From assembly GCA_051362555.1 (NCBI GenBank), contig CM120640.1:64148788-64212787 (forward strand): a stretch of 64,000 nucleotides of DNA, read 5' to 3'. Shown here piece by piece: positions 22,701 through 37,300 of the stretch (within the stretch, counting starts at the first letter, position 1; each line of letters starts with the position of its first letter). Both the position numbers and the translations under genes were made by a program. This stretch comes from Lingula anatina (lineage: Eukaryota; Animalia; Brachiopoda). The notes beneath the pieces were generated by a model. It was not told the DNA's origin. It saw nothing but the letters and a program-made list of their open reading frames with translations, and searched no databases.

Positions 22701-24816
22701 GTTGATCTTTTTATTTATTTTTATAATTTTTTTGGAAAGAATAGCCTGGACATATGAGCAGTAAATTCTTGTTGTTAATAATTCCGCTTTGTATTGTTAC
22801 ATGTAGCTAGTTGCTTTAAAATGAAAAATATTGATTTTCTTTCTTAAGTTTACTGTGGGTCGGACCAGTCCCCTTTACAGCAAAATGATTTTCAAAAATT
22901 CATCAAGAGCAGCATGGATAAAAGGGAGGCAGAAACAGGATCCTGCTCGCCCGTCATGGCCCATGCGCACGTACATTTTCCCATATTCCCTGTACCACAT
23001 CATGCAAACTCAAATCTAGCATACACACGTGGGTTCTAACTTACAGCTACTCAGTTGACATTTAACTTTATTCTAAAATGCTTAAAACAAAAGAAAAATA
23101 TTGAAATGTTGCATATCAGGCAGCTCATCCATTTACCCAAAGCGGAAAATAACGGTAATTTAAAATGGAAATCAATCCTTATTTATTTACAGTGCCTTTT
23201 GGCATTTCCTGACACTTCAAACTATTCAAAGAAAATTGCTGTACATTATTGCTTTATTAGCATTTGTGAACCTTCGGGTAGCACCAAGCCAGACCCATCA
23301 GTCACACAGCGTCGCTGCTATCAACGAGCATACTTCAGCGAGCAAACGGCCTCAGCATGAACCAATGCTTCGTGATCGTTATGCAAAGAAAATAAAGCGG
23401 TCGTGTTTTCATCGATTTAAAAAACGCCGATTTCCTGTTTCCAAGTAATAGACGTCTGATTGCTACATGTATCACCGCTGTATTTTTAATCCCCTACGAC
23501 AGGTCATTGGATGCTGCAATGCTGGAGATACTGAAGAGCTGCAGAGCGGGAAGTTGGTGTGCGAGCGTAGGATCCAGATTTGTTTTATAAAAACCGCAGA
23601 GAAAATTATTAAAAACTTGGAGTGTTGCCTCATCCCAGGGATTACTGCATGCGGCTGTTGCAGTGTGTTGGGCTTGATATTTTTCACTCGAGTAGGAGTC
23701 CATCTTAAGTGGGTTCGATTTTGCCTTAAAATCCTTAAGTGATTGCCGCAGCTGCATACAGCGATTTACAAGTTATTTTTAGTTTGGCCTGAACAATCGG
23801 TTTTGTAGACCTACATGCACATATAACTGCATTAACTCTCAAATAACAAAAGATCTTCCTTTTACATCAAGGAGAATTTCATTGTGAATAGAAGGTCAAT
23901 TGAAGATTCTGCCTGTCCACCCGTGGTGTTAGTTGTATAAAGATATAAGTTAAGAAGTACTGTTGTTTTATTACTCTGAGGTAGTTTTGTTACCCAAATT
24001 ATTTATACGAACTCTGTGATCTTGCATTCATGAAACACTCCTTTATAACATATCATATCACATTCCAATACCATGATGTATCACACGGACTCTGGCTTTT
24101 CCAAAACTTTCTAGTCTAGTTTATCAATCGGTTCAGTTGGTTATGGTGTGATGTTTCACGCTCTCGGGTAATACATGTATCTTTATAACTCATCTTTGCA
24201 TCTCCATCTTTGCCTATCAATCGACGTATTGTACTGATTTGGTAATGGTATGATACTTGACCATAGTTCGATGTAGAAAAAAAACTGCTTTTTTGTACTT
24301 TTTTAAAATAAAAATCAAACCAATAAACGCGACAACTCGCTCGAAGCAATCATACATAAAATGCACCAGCCGTTTTCTGTCTCTGTGGACATCACGCGAA
24401 GCTTTTGACGTCCCCGCTCCAACACTCAACTCTCCCGTAGGTTAAAGTATTTTATAATATCTGATCCCAGCAAGACGCACAGAAAATGAAAAGAATGCGA
24501 GCAGAATTGAAAACATCGGTATGGGACACAAAATTAAAACTTGAAACCTTTTTTGGGTGCCCTCTATTACCCACATAACATAATTATGCAGTCATCACAG
24601 CAAGAGTTGGAATACGATCAATCTTTATTCCTTTTTATCAAGGGCTATTACCTGGGAGTAATTCTATTGAGGCTTTCTCGGAGTGATGGGAAAGATAAAA
24701 GCGTCCCATCCTGATACATGAAATAGCAATACAGGTCTGCTAGCATTATCCCTAGTGGCGGCTAAAGGTATAGATATATATCAAAATGTGCTACGGTTAA
24801 CGAAAACAAACCTTTC

Positions 24817-24992
24817 CAGGCCCGTAGCCGGGGGAGAGGGGGGGTCGGGGGTTCGAAAGAACCACCCTTTTTGCTGGGAAAAGGTCCACTCTGGGTAAAA
24901 ATTGATCTATGTACTTGAGGATTTTATGGTAAAAGGTCCACTTTTTCAGAAAACGAACCCCCCCCCCTCTGAAATTGCTGGCTACGGGCCTG
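24817..24992. mobile_element. Short MITE with CAGGCCCGTAGC / GCTACGGGCCTG termini; a second partial copy lies at about 28440-28587
   Basis: 12-bp TIR; internal sequence (GGGTTCGAAAGAAC..AAAAGGTCCACTTTTTCAGAAAA) is repeated at about 28445-28587. Confidence 0.75.
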
Positions 24993-27900
24993 CTTTCGGA
25001 TTAAAAAAATAACCAGCGTGATTTCCTTATCACTTTATTTCATTTATTCCTAAGTCAGTGAGTTTGTCAGAATCCTTTACTTAATTTTTGTATTCTTTGT
25101 CTTAAATATCGATTGGCGTATTGGGTCATTAGGTTATTAGCATCTTGGACGTTATTTTGTTCATGTTAGCATTAAAGGGCTACTGCACGGGGTTTTCCCG
25201 CCAACATGAATTTTTAGAAGTTCTCTCCACGCGTTTGAAAATCCTCCACAGTCCTATTCATGTCAAAATGACGTGGAGTGTCCCTTCAACAGTGATGGTC
25301 CTAGATCTGACTTAAACTGAGATAAGAATTTAGTAAATGTGCCAGAATTCAGATCGCTGCGTAACAGTGACACGAATTTGAAGGAAAATGAATTCTTGAA
25401 TCTAAGGGTGGAAAGGGGGATTGTGCGTTCATTACCCAACTGCAAAATGGCACATTATACCTTTCCTAATGTGGTCATTTTCGCTTGGTGTATCAGTTCA
25501 TCGTGTATGATAATTTTTTAATCAAATGCATACAGGTTTATTTGCGCTCCGTGCACGTTATAAGGGAAGGCGAGGAAGAATTGCACCGGTAATTGAGAGA
25601 AACGACATGTTTCAACATGACATATGCAAGTGAAATTATATTTTACCATTACACAGTAAGGTAAAACGGATCAAATCCAAGACATTTGATCAACTAAATC
25701 ATAGTGATACTCCAAGAGTTTCTGTCTGCTTTACATCATATTTGTATGGCAAGGTGTGCACACAGGCACTAGCCTTATTTTTCATAAATTGTACGGAAGC
25801 ATTGCTATAAACATGCAGCAAGGTCTGAAAGTTACTGATTCGAGCATTCAAGCTACATTAAAGACTCGTTTGGTCATAATTTGTATGGGAATAAAATCAA
25901 ACTTTAAGGGTAGAAAGAGCTATAGGAATTGCAACCTACAGCTTTTGAGTCTGTGGCGATAGTGGCTATCTTATTGAGTCACGAAAGTCTTTGCTCATTA
26001 TCGCGCGTGCAGCTTAATGGTCTGTAAATGATAATAAATGTACACTAGTCCAATTAACAATGTGATATTTGGGTCATTCGGGGGTCAGTGTCTATCTCAA
26101 AGGGGTAGTTCGTTTAATCTTGGACATAATAAATTATTTTTATATCTTAATTTTGTACATGGTTTTAGGTAATTACACTACAAGAAAAATATACTCAAAT
26201 TATAAATTTCCCCAGGTATGTCCACGACTTCCAAAGACTTCATTGTTGCCCACCTCTGTATTGAGTGCCAACCGCAAGAAATGCTGTGAAGGTTAGTGAA
26301 CGTTAACATGATTTTTGCTTATATACACACTTAATCAAAGATGCAATTTTTAAGCAGGGTTAGTAATTTCTAGCTATCAAAAAACTAAACGTGCCACTGA
26401 GTTTGTATGTAAAGGCAAAATACGATTTAGGACAACAGCAAGGCTATGAGTGGTATCTTTGCATGATTTATGTATTCAACTGTGTGCATGCCATATCTTT
26501 TCCTCTAATCACTGTTCAAATCATTTCCATGGGAGCTGTGCCGTGGATATCAAATGTCTTAATACATCAGTGCACATCGCTGATCAATCGTTAAGAAAAG
26601 CCATTGAAGGACAATTTATTTCCACCACAACCTGGTATTATGCTAAATGATACAGAGTCACTGATGTCAGAAAAGATAAAAAGCAGCAAGGTTTTCGAAG
26701 ACTTATGCACTACAAATTTACTGAATCTGCCGTCCTCTTTCTCTGTTGTGTAAATTACTGCTTTGCAGGTTATAATGAGCTTATACAGGTGTCAATACAG
26801 ATATCTGGACAGGGGATTCAAATCACAAATTCGTTCTATCCTGATAATCATATAATATTCTTAACGAAGGGGACTTTAAAGATATTTATTTCCAAAATCC
26901 CTACAGTTTGTGTGTGACTGTTGCACTGCCAAACTAATTGACAGGATAAGTTATAAGAGATTTTGATTTAAATCGATGTACGGTGGGACTTCCAGAACTT
27001 CGCTGCACGTTAGCTAGCGGTTCAGTGTAAGATAGTTAACGCGTGACTATTCTTTCAGGAGTTTGTCCGACTGCACATTAGAATTTTGAAAGTCATATTA
27101 TTCTACTGGTAACAGGCTGTTTGGCTTTAAATTGAGCAACAGGCGGTTACTGAGCTACTACAACTACTACAATCTGTATATATATTGTAAAACATAATAT
27201 ATCTAGAGGGAAAAGTCACTCATGCACACTTTCCAACGCCTGTATTGAGTTTCATTAAGGAGCAATTTATGCAACTCGTTTTCAATGTGCTTGCAGATTA
27301 AAAGCCACAGTCTAGTTAAAGAGTGACTGTGAACCAAAATTCGTCATTCAAAAATCATGTCAAATGCTAAAGATTCTAAAGGAATATGCCTTCGAGTTGT
27401 AAGAACAGGCTACCTTACAATTGCAAGAAAACAATAAAACTTGAGACAAAAGAAAAAAGAATAGTAGGTATATAATTAAAACTAAGGCAACAAGGAGTCA
27501 GGTGTTTCAAACAGTCAACCTCCTAAATAGTTATGAATTGTCGACACATTTACGGAAATTTGGATGAGAAAGATGAGCACCTTTTTATCTTGATTGAGTT
27601 TAAAGATGTGGACAGTGCTGTCAACAAGATACATGTAGGCTATATTGGAGGCAGTGAAGACGAATCAGACAGATGAAATCATCAGAGCATCGAGTATGGG
27701 GCGTTGAAATGTCGATCAATAGATGGAGCATTAAAGTCTACTGTGCTTAAGATGGCTACTATGGTCCGCTGGACGCGACGTGACATGAATGTAAGAGCAC
27801 GTCTACCCTCTACCAGGACCACATATTGTTTTTTCACTATAGATATGTCTCTGGCTAATTCATGCACGATCCCTGCTGCTGCGCTGGAGAAAAGTGCACA

Positions 27901-28156
27901 TAACTAACCTTCGGCCCTGGTAGAGGACAGATCACATACATGTAATAAGTTGTGCCTATGCATTGCTCACTGAATAGCTGTTTGATCAGTCATTATTTTG
28001 AAATGTTAGCGATTCATTTTCTTCTGTTTTCGCCCTTTCCATATCTTGGTCGACCACACTGGTGACGCTGTGGTGGACGAATAAGAGATCATTTTCTTTT
28101 ACTTTAAATTAATACTTTTTATCCAAAAGAAACGTCCACCTGTATTTGCATGTATC

Positions 28157-28440
28157 ATTACCTCCGCCAAGGAGGTTATGTTTTCACCACTGTTTGTTTG
28201 TTTGTTTGTCTGTCATCAACATAACTCAAAAAGTTATGGACCGATTTTGATGAAATTTACAGGGTAGGTCAGAAGTTGGCCAAGGAAGAGATGATTAGTT
28301 TTTGGTGGTGATCCGGATCAATAATCAATCAATAATCAAAAATCAATCATCAACATAACTCAAAAAGTTATGGACCGATTTTGATGAAATTTTCAGGGTA
28401 GGTCAGAAATGGGTTAACTTAGAAGTGATTAGTTTTTGGG
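28157..28440 (+). mobile_element. Truncated HINE/DINE-like Helentron derivative
   Basis: 5' end ATTACCTCCGCCAAGGAGGTTATGTTTT (subTIR hairpin), then a (GTTT)n microsatellite and two copies of the core CATCAACATAACTCAAAAAGTTATGGACCGATTTTGATGAAATT. Confidence 0.7.
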
Positions 28441-29147
28441 AGGGGGGTTCGAAAGAACTGCCCCTTTTGTCAGGAAAGGTCCATTTTGGGTAAAATTTGA
28501 TCTAGGTACACATGAGTTTCATTGTAAAAGGTCCACTTTTTCAGAAAAAGGACCCCCCCCCTTTTGAATTTGCTGGCTACGGACCTGCTGTGCCATCTCT
28601 GTCCTTGTTTCATATCGACATTACGCCATATTGAGGCATATTTATCCATAAGAACAGAGAAAATTGAAAAGTTGGTTTACGATCAACTTTTTTCCCAATC
28701 TTATTTTAGGGGTGAAGAAATGTCGAACCCACAGCAGCATTTAGTTTCTAACTCTTATTTCTACCAAACCTACATGTATTAGCAATGCTGCTTATGCATT
28801 TTTCAGTTAAAAGAACTGGTGAAAAAATTAATAATAATAATAATCATCATCATCATCATCATCATCATTATTATTATTATTCTCATTTCTCAAAATTAAG
28901 ATGCGCACTCTTATCCGTAAACAGAGCAGCCAACACAGTTGGTCACATTTTATAGGCCTAATCGCAACTAACGCAATTGCTAAGGTAAATAGATTTCATT
29001 CTCATTTTGTGCACAACCAACCTGCTCTCAATCATCAATGTTTATCCAGCCAGCGTAATATAAGCCCTAGAGATAAGAGTCGTCGGTGATGAAACCAGTT
29101 TCCGTGAGATTGAACCAGCTCATCAGGTAACAATCTGTTTAGAAACC

Positions 29148-30768
29148 ATGATAGGTTCGATAAGAAGACTAAGCATTGCTGCAGGGATTTGGCCGAAGCG
29201 ATGGACTTTGTGCAGTTCTGCTATTAAAAGGTCTTTTCAGCGCCCAAGGCCAATACAGGGAAGTAGCACTGTGCTTTCGAAATATTGGTTCTCTGGCCCC
29301 TTAACCCGCACACTGTCAACTATGGCTCAAGTGTCCTCTGCAGATGGTAGTCACTGTACGGCCAAGCAAGTGAAACTGAACGATGAAAATAAATGTGTTC
29401 GTGTAACGTGGGGAGACGGCAAGGAGGACGAGTATCCATATGTGTGGCTGCGAGATAACTGCCAGTGCCCCGAATGTTTTGTTTCTTCGTCTGCGTCCCG
29501 TGCCTTTTTGATGGCAAATCTAGACCCTGATGTCAAACCGAAGAATGTACAGGTACATGTAGGCGTGAAACTTACCTTTTTTTATTAATTTAATTTTATT
29601 TATTTATCCATTGTCAAAAGGCATATGAAACATGCAGTTAAAGGTCATGACTTAAAATTAAAAATAAATAAATAAATAAATAAATAAAAAGGTAGCATTC
29701 TGGATCATTCTCAATTTTTAAAGGTACATTGCACATGTTTATAAATTTCCCCAAGTCATGTTTTCTGTGTCTACATATCCAACAAACCTTATCTTTCTCA
29801 GTTCAGTTTTATTGTTAACAAGCTCTTGGTCAACTTTAATGCATTTAAAATGCATCAGCAATTAGTAAGCTTGCCAACTGATGACAGTTAATCTAAAAGA
29901 CTATCAGCTTTTGATATGATCTAAAACACCTGAGGTGACTGCGAGCATCGCAACTATTGTCACCGAAGTTAGTAAGTTAGTCACAGAAGACTGTCACAGA
30001 CAAAGAAAGATTGTCAAGGAGTGCTGCAATTTTGGTGAATCCCACGGCAACACACTGAGGCATAAAGAAAATTGCTCAACTCCGTTCAACACAACTTTCC
30101 TAAACTATTTTGTCTGTATGCACCATGCAGCTCAGTTAAATCTCATAGACCTTTATCCTCATTGTCATCACAGTACCACGTGTCCCAGATCTGTTGCTTC
30201 ATTTATGCATATTGAGGTGAGGTTTACTAAAACGCTTTTTTTCTACTAATAGATTGTTTTTATCATTTTTAAATGGCAGGGATCGATTAAAACATACCTC
30301 TAGTGTATAGATTGAGTGCTGAATCTTCAAAATTCGAGAAATGGATTTTTATGTGTCTATTGTCCTTTAAAAAACTGTACATCTCAAATAATAAGACCTG
30401 ACGTTGAGAGTTACTTCTGGAATGTACATTGTATAAGAATACTTGGAGTTTTAAATGGCCATGCAGTCAGCATAAATATGCCAGCAAAAAAAAATTTGCT
30501 TGGCACATTAATTGATAAAAAAAAAACTCATTCTGATTGTCTAGGAGATAGTAAAATTAAATGACAGTGTTAAAACTTTAAATGGTCCAACTCCCCAGGG
30601 ACAGCCCCATTTTGAGGGACACTAAAATTTTGCAGTACCTATGTATGTATGTACATTCCTTTTGATAGTTCTACCAGTATAAATCCCCTTCAAGTTCCTC
30701 ACTCTAATGGTCTAGGAAGAGATAGCTGTAATTGCATTGTGATTTTTTTGTAGTCAACCCTGGACCCC

Positions 30769-30799
<31 letters not shown>

Positions 30800-33700
30800 A
30801 CAAGGTCAGCCTCACCCCTAGGCCCATTAAGATTCCAAAGGGCCTATATTCACATCCCAGATCATTCCCAGACTTTTCCATCCTTCCATCACTTTACCAG
30901 TCTAGAAGGAGAATTTACAAAAAAAAAAAAAAAAAAAAATTATAAAATTGGAATATTACACAATGAAAGGTACAAAGTAATGGAATACTTAGTGCTTTTA
31001 ATTTGAGTAGATTTGTCACTAGGTCAATGTGATCGACTCAGATATTTGAGTCAGGTCAGGTCCTGAGCTGGGGACATTTTTGGAGTATAACAACTTTGAA
31101 CCAAATAGATATTCCAAAATTTTAGGTTATTTTTAATTTCTTTCTACAATTAAAATAAGTAGTAGTACTAGAAGCTAGTACTCTCTTTAACAGGTTCTCT
31201 AAGTTTGTTTCCAGTGCCGGTTATTTTCAGTTTAAATTAAAGTCATAATAACTCTTCGTTTCGGCCAAAAAATGAATTTTCCTGGAGTAAACAACAATTT
31301 TCCCATACTTACCAATGATTAATGAATCCATTTTTACATTCAAAGTTAGTCCCTGGTTTTTTTCTAAAAAGTTTGGTTTTTTGTTAAAATCTCTTAAGAG
31401 ATTTTAACATAGTATAGCCATCAGTGGAGGTCACGTGGTCTAAAGACAAGCTCAGATATCAGAATAATAGCTATAACTGCCGTTTTTGTGGTAAAACAGA
31501 ATATATTATATTTCTATGAGTTATTCACAATGTTTTAATTGTGAAATATAGATCTCATACGAAGAGTTATTATCCCTTTAATTGGTTGTGTGGAGAGGAC
31601 ATTGGGGAGAGTCATTTAGGTGCCTTTTTCATAAATATTGTTATAGCCAGATTATTTTAAGTCAGCTGTTAAATTGTCAGTCTTTCAAATTGGACCAGTT
31701 GTGTATAGTCTGCCTGGTGGGAAAAGGGAATTGGGAAAGATGCTTTCAATTTTAAGGACACCAATCAGCTAGATATGTGTAGTTTCCCACGGATGATAAA
31801 ATAATAGATCAGAACTCCACCACATGTAACATGATGTTACATCTATGTATGAGTGATAGAATGCTAACAGGGGGGTTTATACTATCTGCAGCCTACTGGT
31901 ACTTCAAAGGCTGACAATTATATTTGCTACATTGTATCTCAGCTGTGTACATGTGCCCGTAGGTTTTACATCATCTTCATTTTAAGTTGTTTACATACAG
32001 TGTCCCCATGCACTGGTTATCTATATACCCTCATATATTAGATAATTGACCATAACTGTACCAAACCTTATCTCATTGACTTTAATGTACATGTAATACC
32101 CTGCAACATGCAGAATGATCTGAATAAACTTGATTGAGTGGGTGTGCCAGGACTATATCTGCAAGCTAGAGGGGTGGGATTGAAGAATTACATCCCATCT
32201 CCTGAGATTTTTGAAAGAGAAATTCTTCCATTTTATTCCAGATTGCTTTCACCATTGACAGACCTTCAGTAAACTTGCACACAATTCATTCACCTCACAT
32301 GATGTATTCTTACTTTTATTTGGTTTTCAAGCATAGTTATTGAGTCCTACCATATAAACTTAACAGCTGTCCTTTAACATTTTTCTCAGCCTATTGGGCC
32401 TACGTGTATATACCAGAGAACTAAACAGGTGCAGGGGCTGATCTAAAGATATTTTCTGACGGTCTTCCAAATTATCTTTGTTGATCAATTCTTCATTTTT
32501 GACTGTCTTCCGACAGAAAGAATTAGATGCCTGTAAATGTTAACTTAAAAAATTTTGACGGTCTTCTGGAAGACCCAGAAAAAGGCCTCCAAGTCCGCCC
32601 CTGAAGTGGTACAATATAGATCGATGGACCAGTGACTATAGAAATATCTAGGCCATCCAGGTCAAAGAATTGTATGCTTTAATGCTGGTGCAGATGACCT
32701 GCTGGTAATAGACCATATTGTTGTGGCTACATTTGTGGGCACCAGTATATCAAATTAAGTTAATACAACATTGAAAATAATTGTATAAGTTTGCAGTACT
32801 ATGGATCAAAGCATGCTTAAATGAAAGAAGGGTATAGGGACGCTCTTATTCACACACACACACGCACATGCACAGACAGAAAGAGAGAAAGGGAGAAATC
32901 AGTGTGAATGTTTGATATATACTGTACACATTGAATATTGTATGTTTTATATGTGTCTATATTACACACATTGTATGCTGTGTGTGTGCTCTTGTGCACA
33001 CATTCTAACCGAGGACACACACCCGCCTGAAACCCACTAACCGAGGACACACCTCCAACCGAGGACGTCCTCGGTTGACATAAGCAGTGGAATGCATAAA
33101 GGGGCCCATTTCAAGTTAGGTGGTGAAATTTGACGCTATTCTGAGCCAGTCCTCGGTTATGCTGTATAGCGCGGGCCAAATTCCCGCCACGAGTGTATCA
33201 GAAATACTGTCCAACTTTTTGTCTGAAATCGGGCTATACACACGCGTCCTCGGTTGTGCTGTAAAGGGCGGACCAAATTCCGCGTCCTCGGTTGTGCTGT
33301 AAAGGGCAGACTAAACTGAAACTAATGTTATATCTCAGATGTCTATATATTCAGTAAGTTCATATTTTTAAACTAAAGGTCTTTTTTTATCAAATTAAGC
33401 TCTCCTAGGCCGTTACGTAACTACATAACTATCATCGCACTGTACATATTACGGCACGCTTCTTTATTAGTACAACTGACTTGGAGTGGTTTAAATAAAG
33501 AAGAACTGTCTGAATTTGTGGCTCACTCGGTAGATCTTAGGACCGACAATCTTTTGAGGGTGCAAGAATTACTCTGAAGTATCAAATAAACGTACCGGTA
33601 GGCCTACGTTAATTAATTTTCCAAATTTCTTCCCGCCGGTACGCTCCACTTTCACCCAGTACGCTTATTAATTTTTCAAAAATCTTCCACCCGGTATGTT

Positions 33701-34334
33701 TATTAAATACATATTGTACCGGTGGGAAATTACACAAGTACAAGTCACGCTTTTTATTTTCTTAAATTGAAGTATAATGAGAAGAAAATTGAGATCTCAA
33801 CTCATTACCGACTGTTCTACCAACAGCACTGGAAAGTAGGTCAAGCGGAAGTCGCTCTCTGAACACAACAGTACATGCGTCACCTGATTTCAGTTCCTAT
33901 AAATAGACGTGCTTTCCCTTCAACAGTGACAACTACTCATGTACATCGATCGAATGATGCAATGTCGCAAGGTGATAGGATCATATTTATAGCTAAGGAG
34001 GTCATTTCAAGTGCAGCAAAGACGTTGTGCCTGTTTTCAAACGTCAATTATTTCATGCCGATTTATGATTTAAACGATGTTAAATCACATTTCTATGTAA
34101 GATAAACCCTTAGGAGTTTACAGGTATGCAAAACGAACCTTATATCTGAGAATAAATTTACTATGAATAAGTATGGCTCTCGGAGGCGGCTTAGGTGCGA
34201 CATATCTGGGTCTTCGGCCCCTGACGATTATGAAATTTAACTCATGGCAAATATATATATATATTTTTTTTTTAAATAAATTAGATATCCCGTTTTTAAG
34301 ATAAATTATAATACTGAGTGAATTTTACCTGGTG

Positions 34335-34380
<46 letters not shown>

Positions 34381-37300
34381 TGATCAATAGCTAGCTTTTT
34401 TCTTTCTCTTCTTCTTCTTTACTTTTATTTATTTATTTCATTTTTTTTTTTTTGGGGGGGGGGGAGTGGTGCAAAGGTTTTTTCCACCCAGTACTTTTAT
34501 TCCATCCAGTACTTTTATTAAATTTCGAGATTTTTTACACCCAGTACTTTTATTCCATCAGTACTTTTATTAAATTTTGAGATTTTTTCCACCCAGTACT
34601 TTTATTCCATCAGTTCTTTTATTCGATACTTCAGAGTAAATGAAAAGGGTAAATGGATCGTCCGTAAACCCCCTTTACACTGAATGGGCCCCTGTCGGTC
34701 CATGTCGCTAACACAGAGCACACATATTCATAAACACCGCATTTGCAAGAACCGCTTTGTGAAATAAAAAAAGATAAGAAAAGACGCCCCAACAATTACG
34801 CGTCCTGATATATAGGCCTACAGTTCGGATATGCACACGGCAAAAACGATTAAGGGACCGTTCCCAGATCCTATCGTACTAACTATGGATCGATCTCTCC
34901 CAGAAGGAATGCTATATAAATTGCAATCAACGTAATCAGTGTGATCTGGCCAATTTTACAAAGTTGCTGTTTTTCCCTTTTCTCAGCATAATATTATATG
35001 CGATGCAACATTTTAAAGAGAACCGATAGGTCTATTTTCATGAAACTCACAGAACTGATGAATATTAGTTAAACGCAGGTCAAGTTTGAAAATCTTCATA
35101 ATGGGCTGCTTTTTTTTTCAGAAAATTTGCTGTTGTTTTTGCTTTTTTCAGCATACATGCAACACTGTAAACACAGTTCAAGGAGAAGCAATAGGTCTAT
35201 TGTCATGAAACTCACAGAACTGATGATTATTAGTAAAAGGGTTGTCAAGATCAAAAATCGGCATATCCGGGCCATTTTTTGTCAAAAGTTATGCTTTTTT
35301 TTTCTGCCATTTTCAGCATATAAGTAACACTGTAAGCACATTTCAGGGAGAACCAATAGGCCTGTTGTCATTAAACTCACAGGAGTGATCAATGTTACCA
35401 ATATACAAATCAAGTTTGAAAATAGGATTGATTGGTTGAGTTTTGTGGAAGTTGTGCCTTGTTTTGATATATATATATATATAAGTGGTTTTCCTCAGAT
35501 TTGATTGTCAGGCATGTTGACAGTTTCGTTATTGAACTAACTAGATATGTAAATATGTTAGTGTTTGTCTGAAATTTTCTGCATCTTTACAACATTGCTA
35601 GTTGATTATATAAATATGACGGTAAACATGTTATCATGTACTGTGTAATACAGTGTCTCCAAATGGAGGCAATTGGGTGATTATTTTCAAACGTTTTGCA
35701 TTTTTTCTCCTTTTTTCATTGTACATGCAACACTGTAAACACATTTCAAGGAGAACCAATAGGCCTGTTTTCATGAAACTCAGAGAACTGATGATTATTA
35801 GTAAATTAAAAAGAATGATCAAGATTGAAAATCAGCATGACCAGGCCCTTTTCTTTCAAATGTTATGCTGTTTTTTTTTTTTCAGCATATATGTAACACT
35901 GTAAGTACATTTCAAGGAGAACCAATAAGCCTGTTTTCATGAAACTCACAGAACTGATGATTATTAGTAAAAGAATGGTCAAGATTGAAAATCAGCATGA
36001 CCAGGCCCTTTTCTTTCAAATGTTATGCTGTTTTTTTTAAGCATATAAGTAACACTGTAAACACATTTCAAGGAGAACCAATAGGCCTCTTTTCATAAAA
36101 CTCACAGAACTGATGATTATAAGTAAAAGAATGGTCAAGATTGAAAATCAGCATGACCAGGCCCTTTTCTTTCAAATGTTATGCTGTTTTTTTTTTCAGC
36201 ATATAAGTAACACTGTAAGCACATTTCAGGGAGAACCAATAAGCCTGTTTTCATGAAACTCACAGGAGTAATCAATGTTATCTATATACAAATCAAGTTT
36301 AAAAATAAGATTGATTGGTTGAGTTTTGAGGGACTTCAGCTTTTATTTGTATATAAGTGGTTTTCCTCAGATTTGATTGTCAGGCATGTTGACAGTTTCG
36401 TTATTGAACTAACTAGATATGTAAATATGTTAGTGTTTGTCTGAAATTTTCTGCATCTTTACAACATTGCTAGTTGATTATATAAATATGACAGTAACAT
36501 GTTATCATGTACTGTGTAATACAGTGTCTCAAAATGGAGGAAATGGGGTGATTATTTTCAAAAGTTTTGCATTTTTTTTCTCTTTTTTTCAGTGTACATG
36601 CAACACTGTAAACACACTTCAAGGAGAACCAATAGGCCTGTTTTCATGAAACTCAGAGAACTGATGATTATTAGTAAATTAAAAAGAATGATCAAGATTG
36701 AAAATCAGCATGACCAGGCCCTTTTCTTTCAAATGTTATGCTGGTTTTTTTTCAGCATATATGTAACACTGTAAGTACATTTCAAGGAGAACCAATAAGC
36801 CTGTTTTCATGAAACTCACAGAACTGATGATTATTAGTAAAAGAATGGTCAAGATTGAAAATCAGCATGACCAGGCCCTTTTCTTTCAAATGTTATGCTG
36901 TTTTTTTTAAGCATATAAGTAACACTGTAAACACATTTCAAGGAGAACCAATAGGCCTCTTTTCATAAAACTCACAGAACTGATGATTATAAGTAAAAGA
37001 ATGGTCAAGATTGAAAATCAGCATGACCAGGCCCTTTTCTTTCAAATGTTATGCTGTTTTTTTTTTTTCAGCATATAAGTAACACTGTAAGCACATTTCA
37101 GGGAGAACCAATAAGCCTGTTTTCATGAAACTCACAGGAGTAATCAATGTTATCTATATACAAATCAAGTTTAAAAATAAGATTGATTGGTTGAGTTTTG
37201 AGGGACTTCAGCTTTTATTTGTATATAAGTGGTTTTCCTCAGATTTGATTGTCAGGCATGTTGACAGTTTCGTTATTGAACTAACTAGATATGTAAATAT

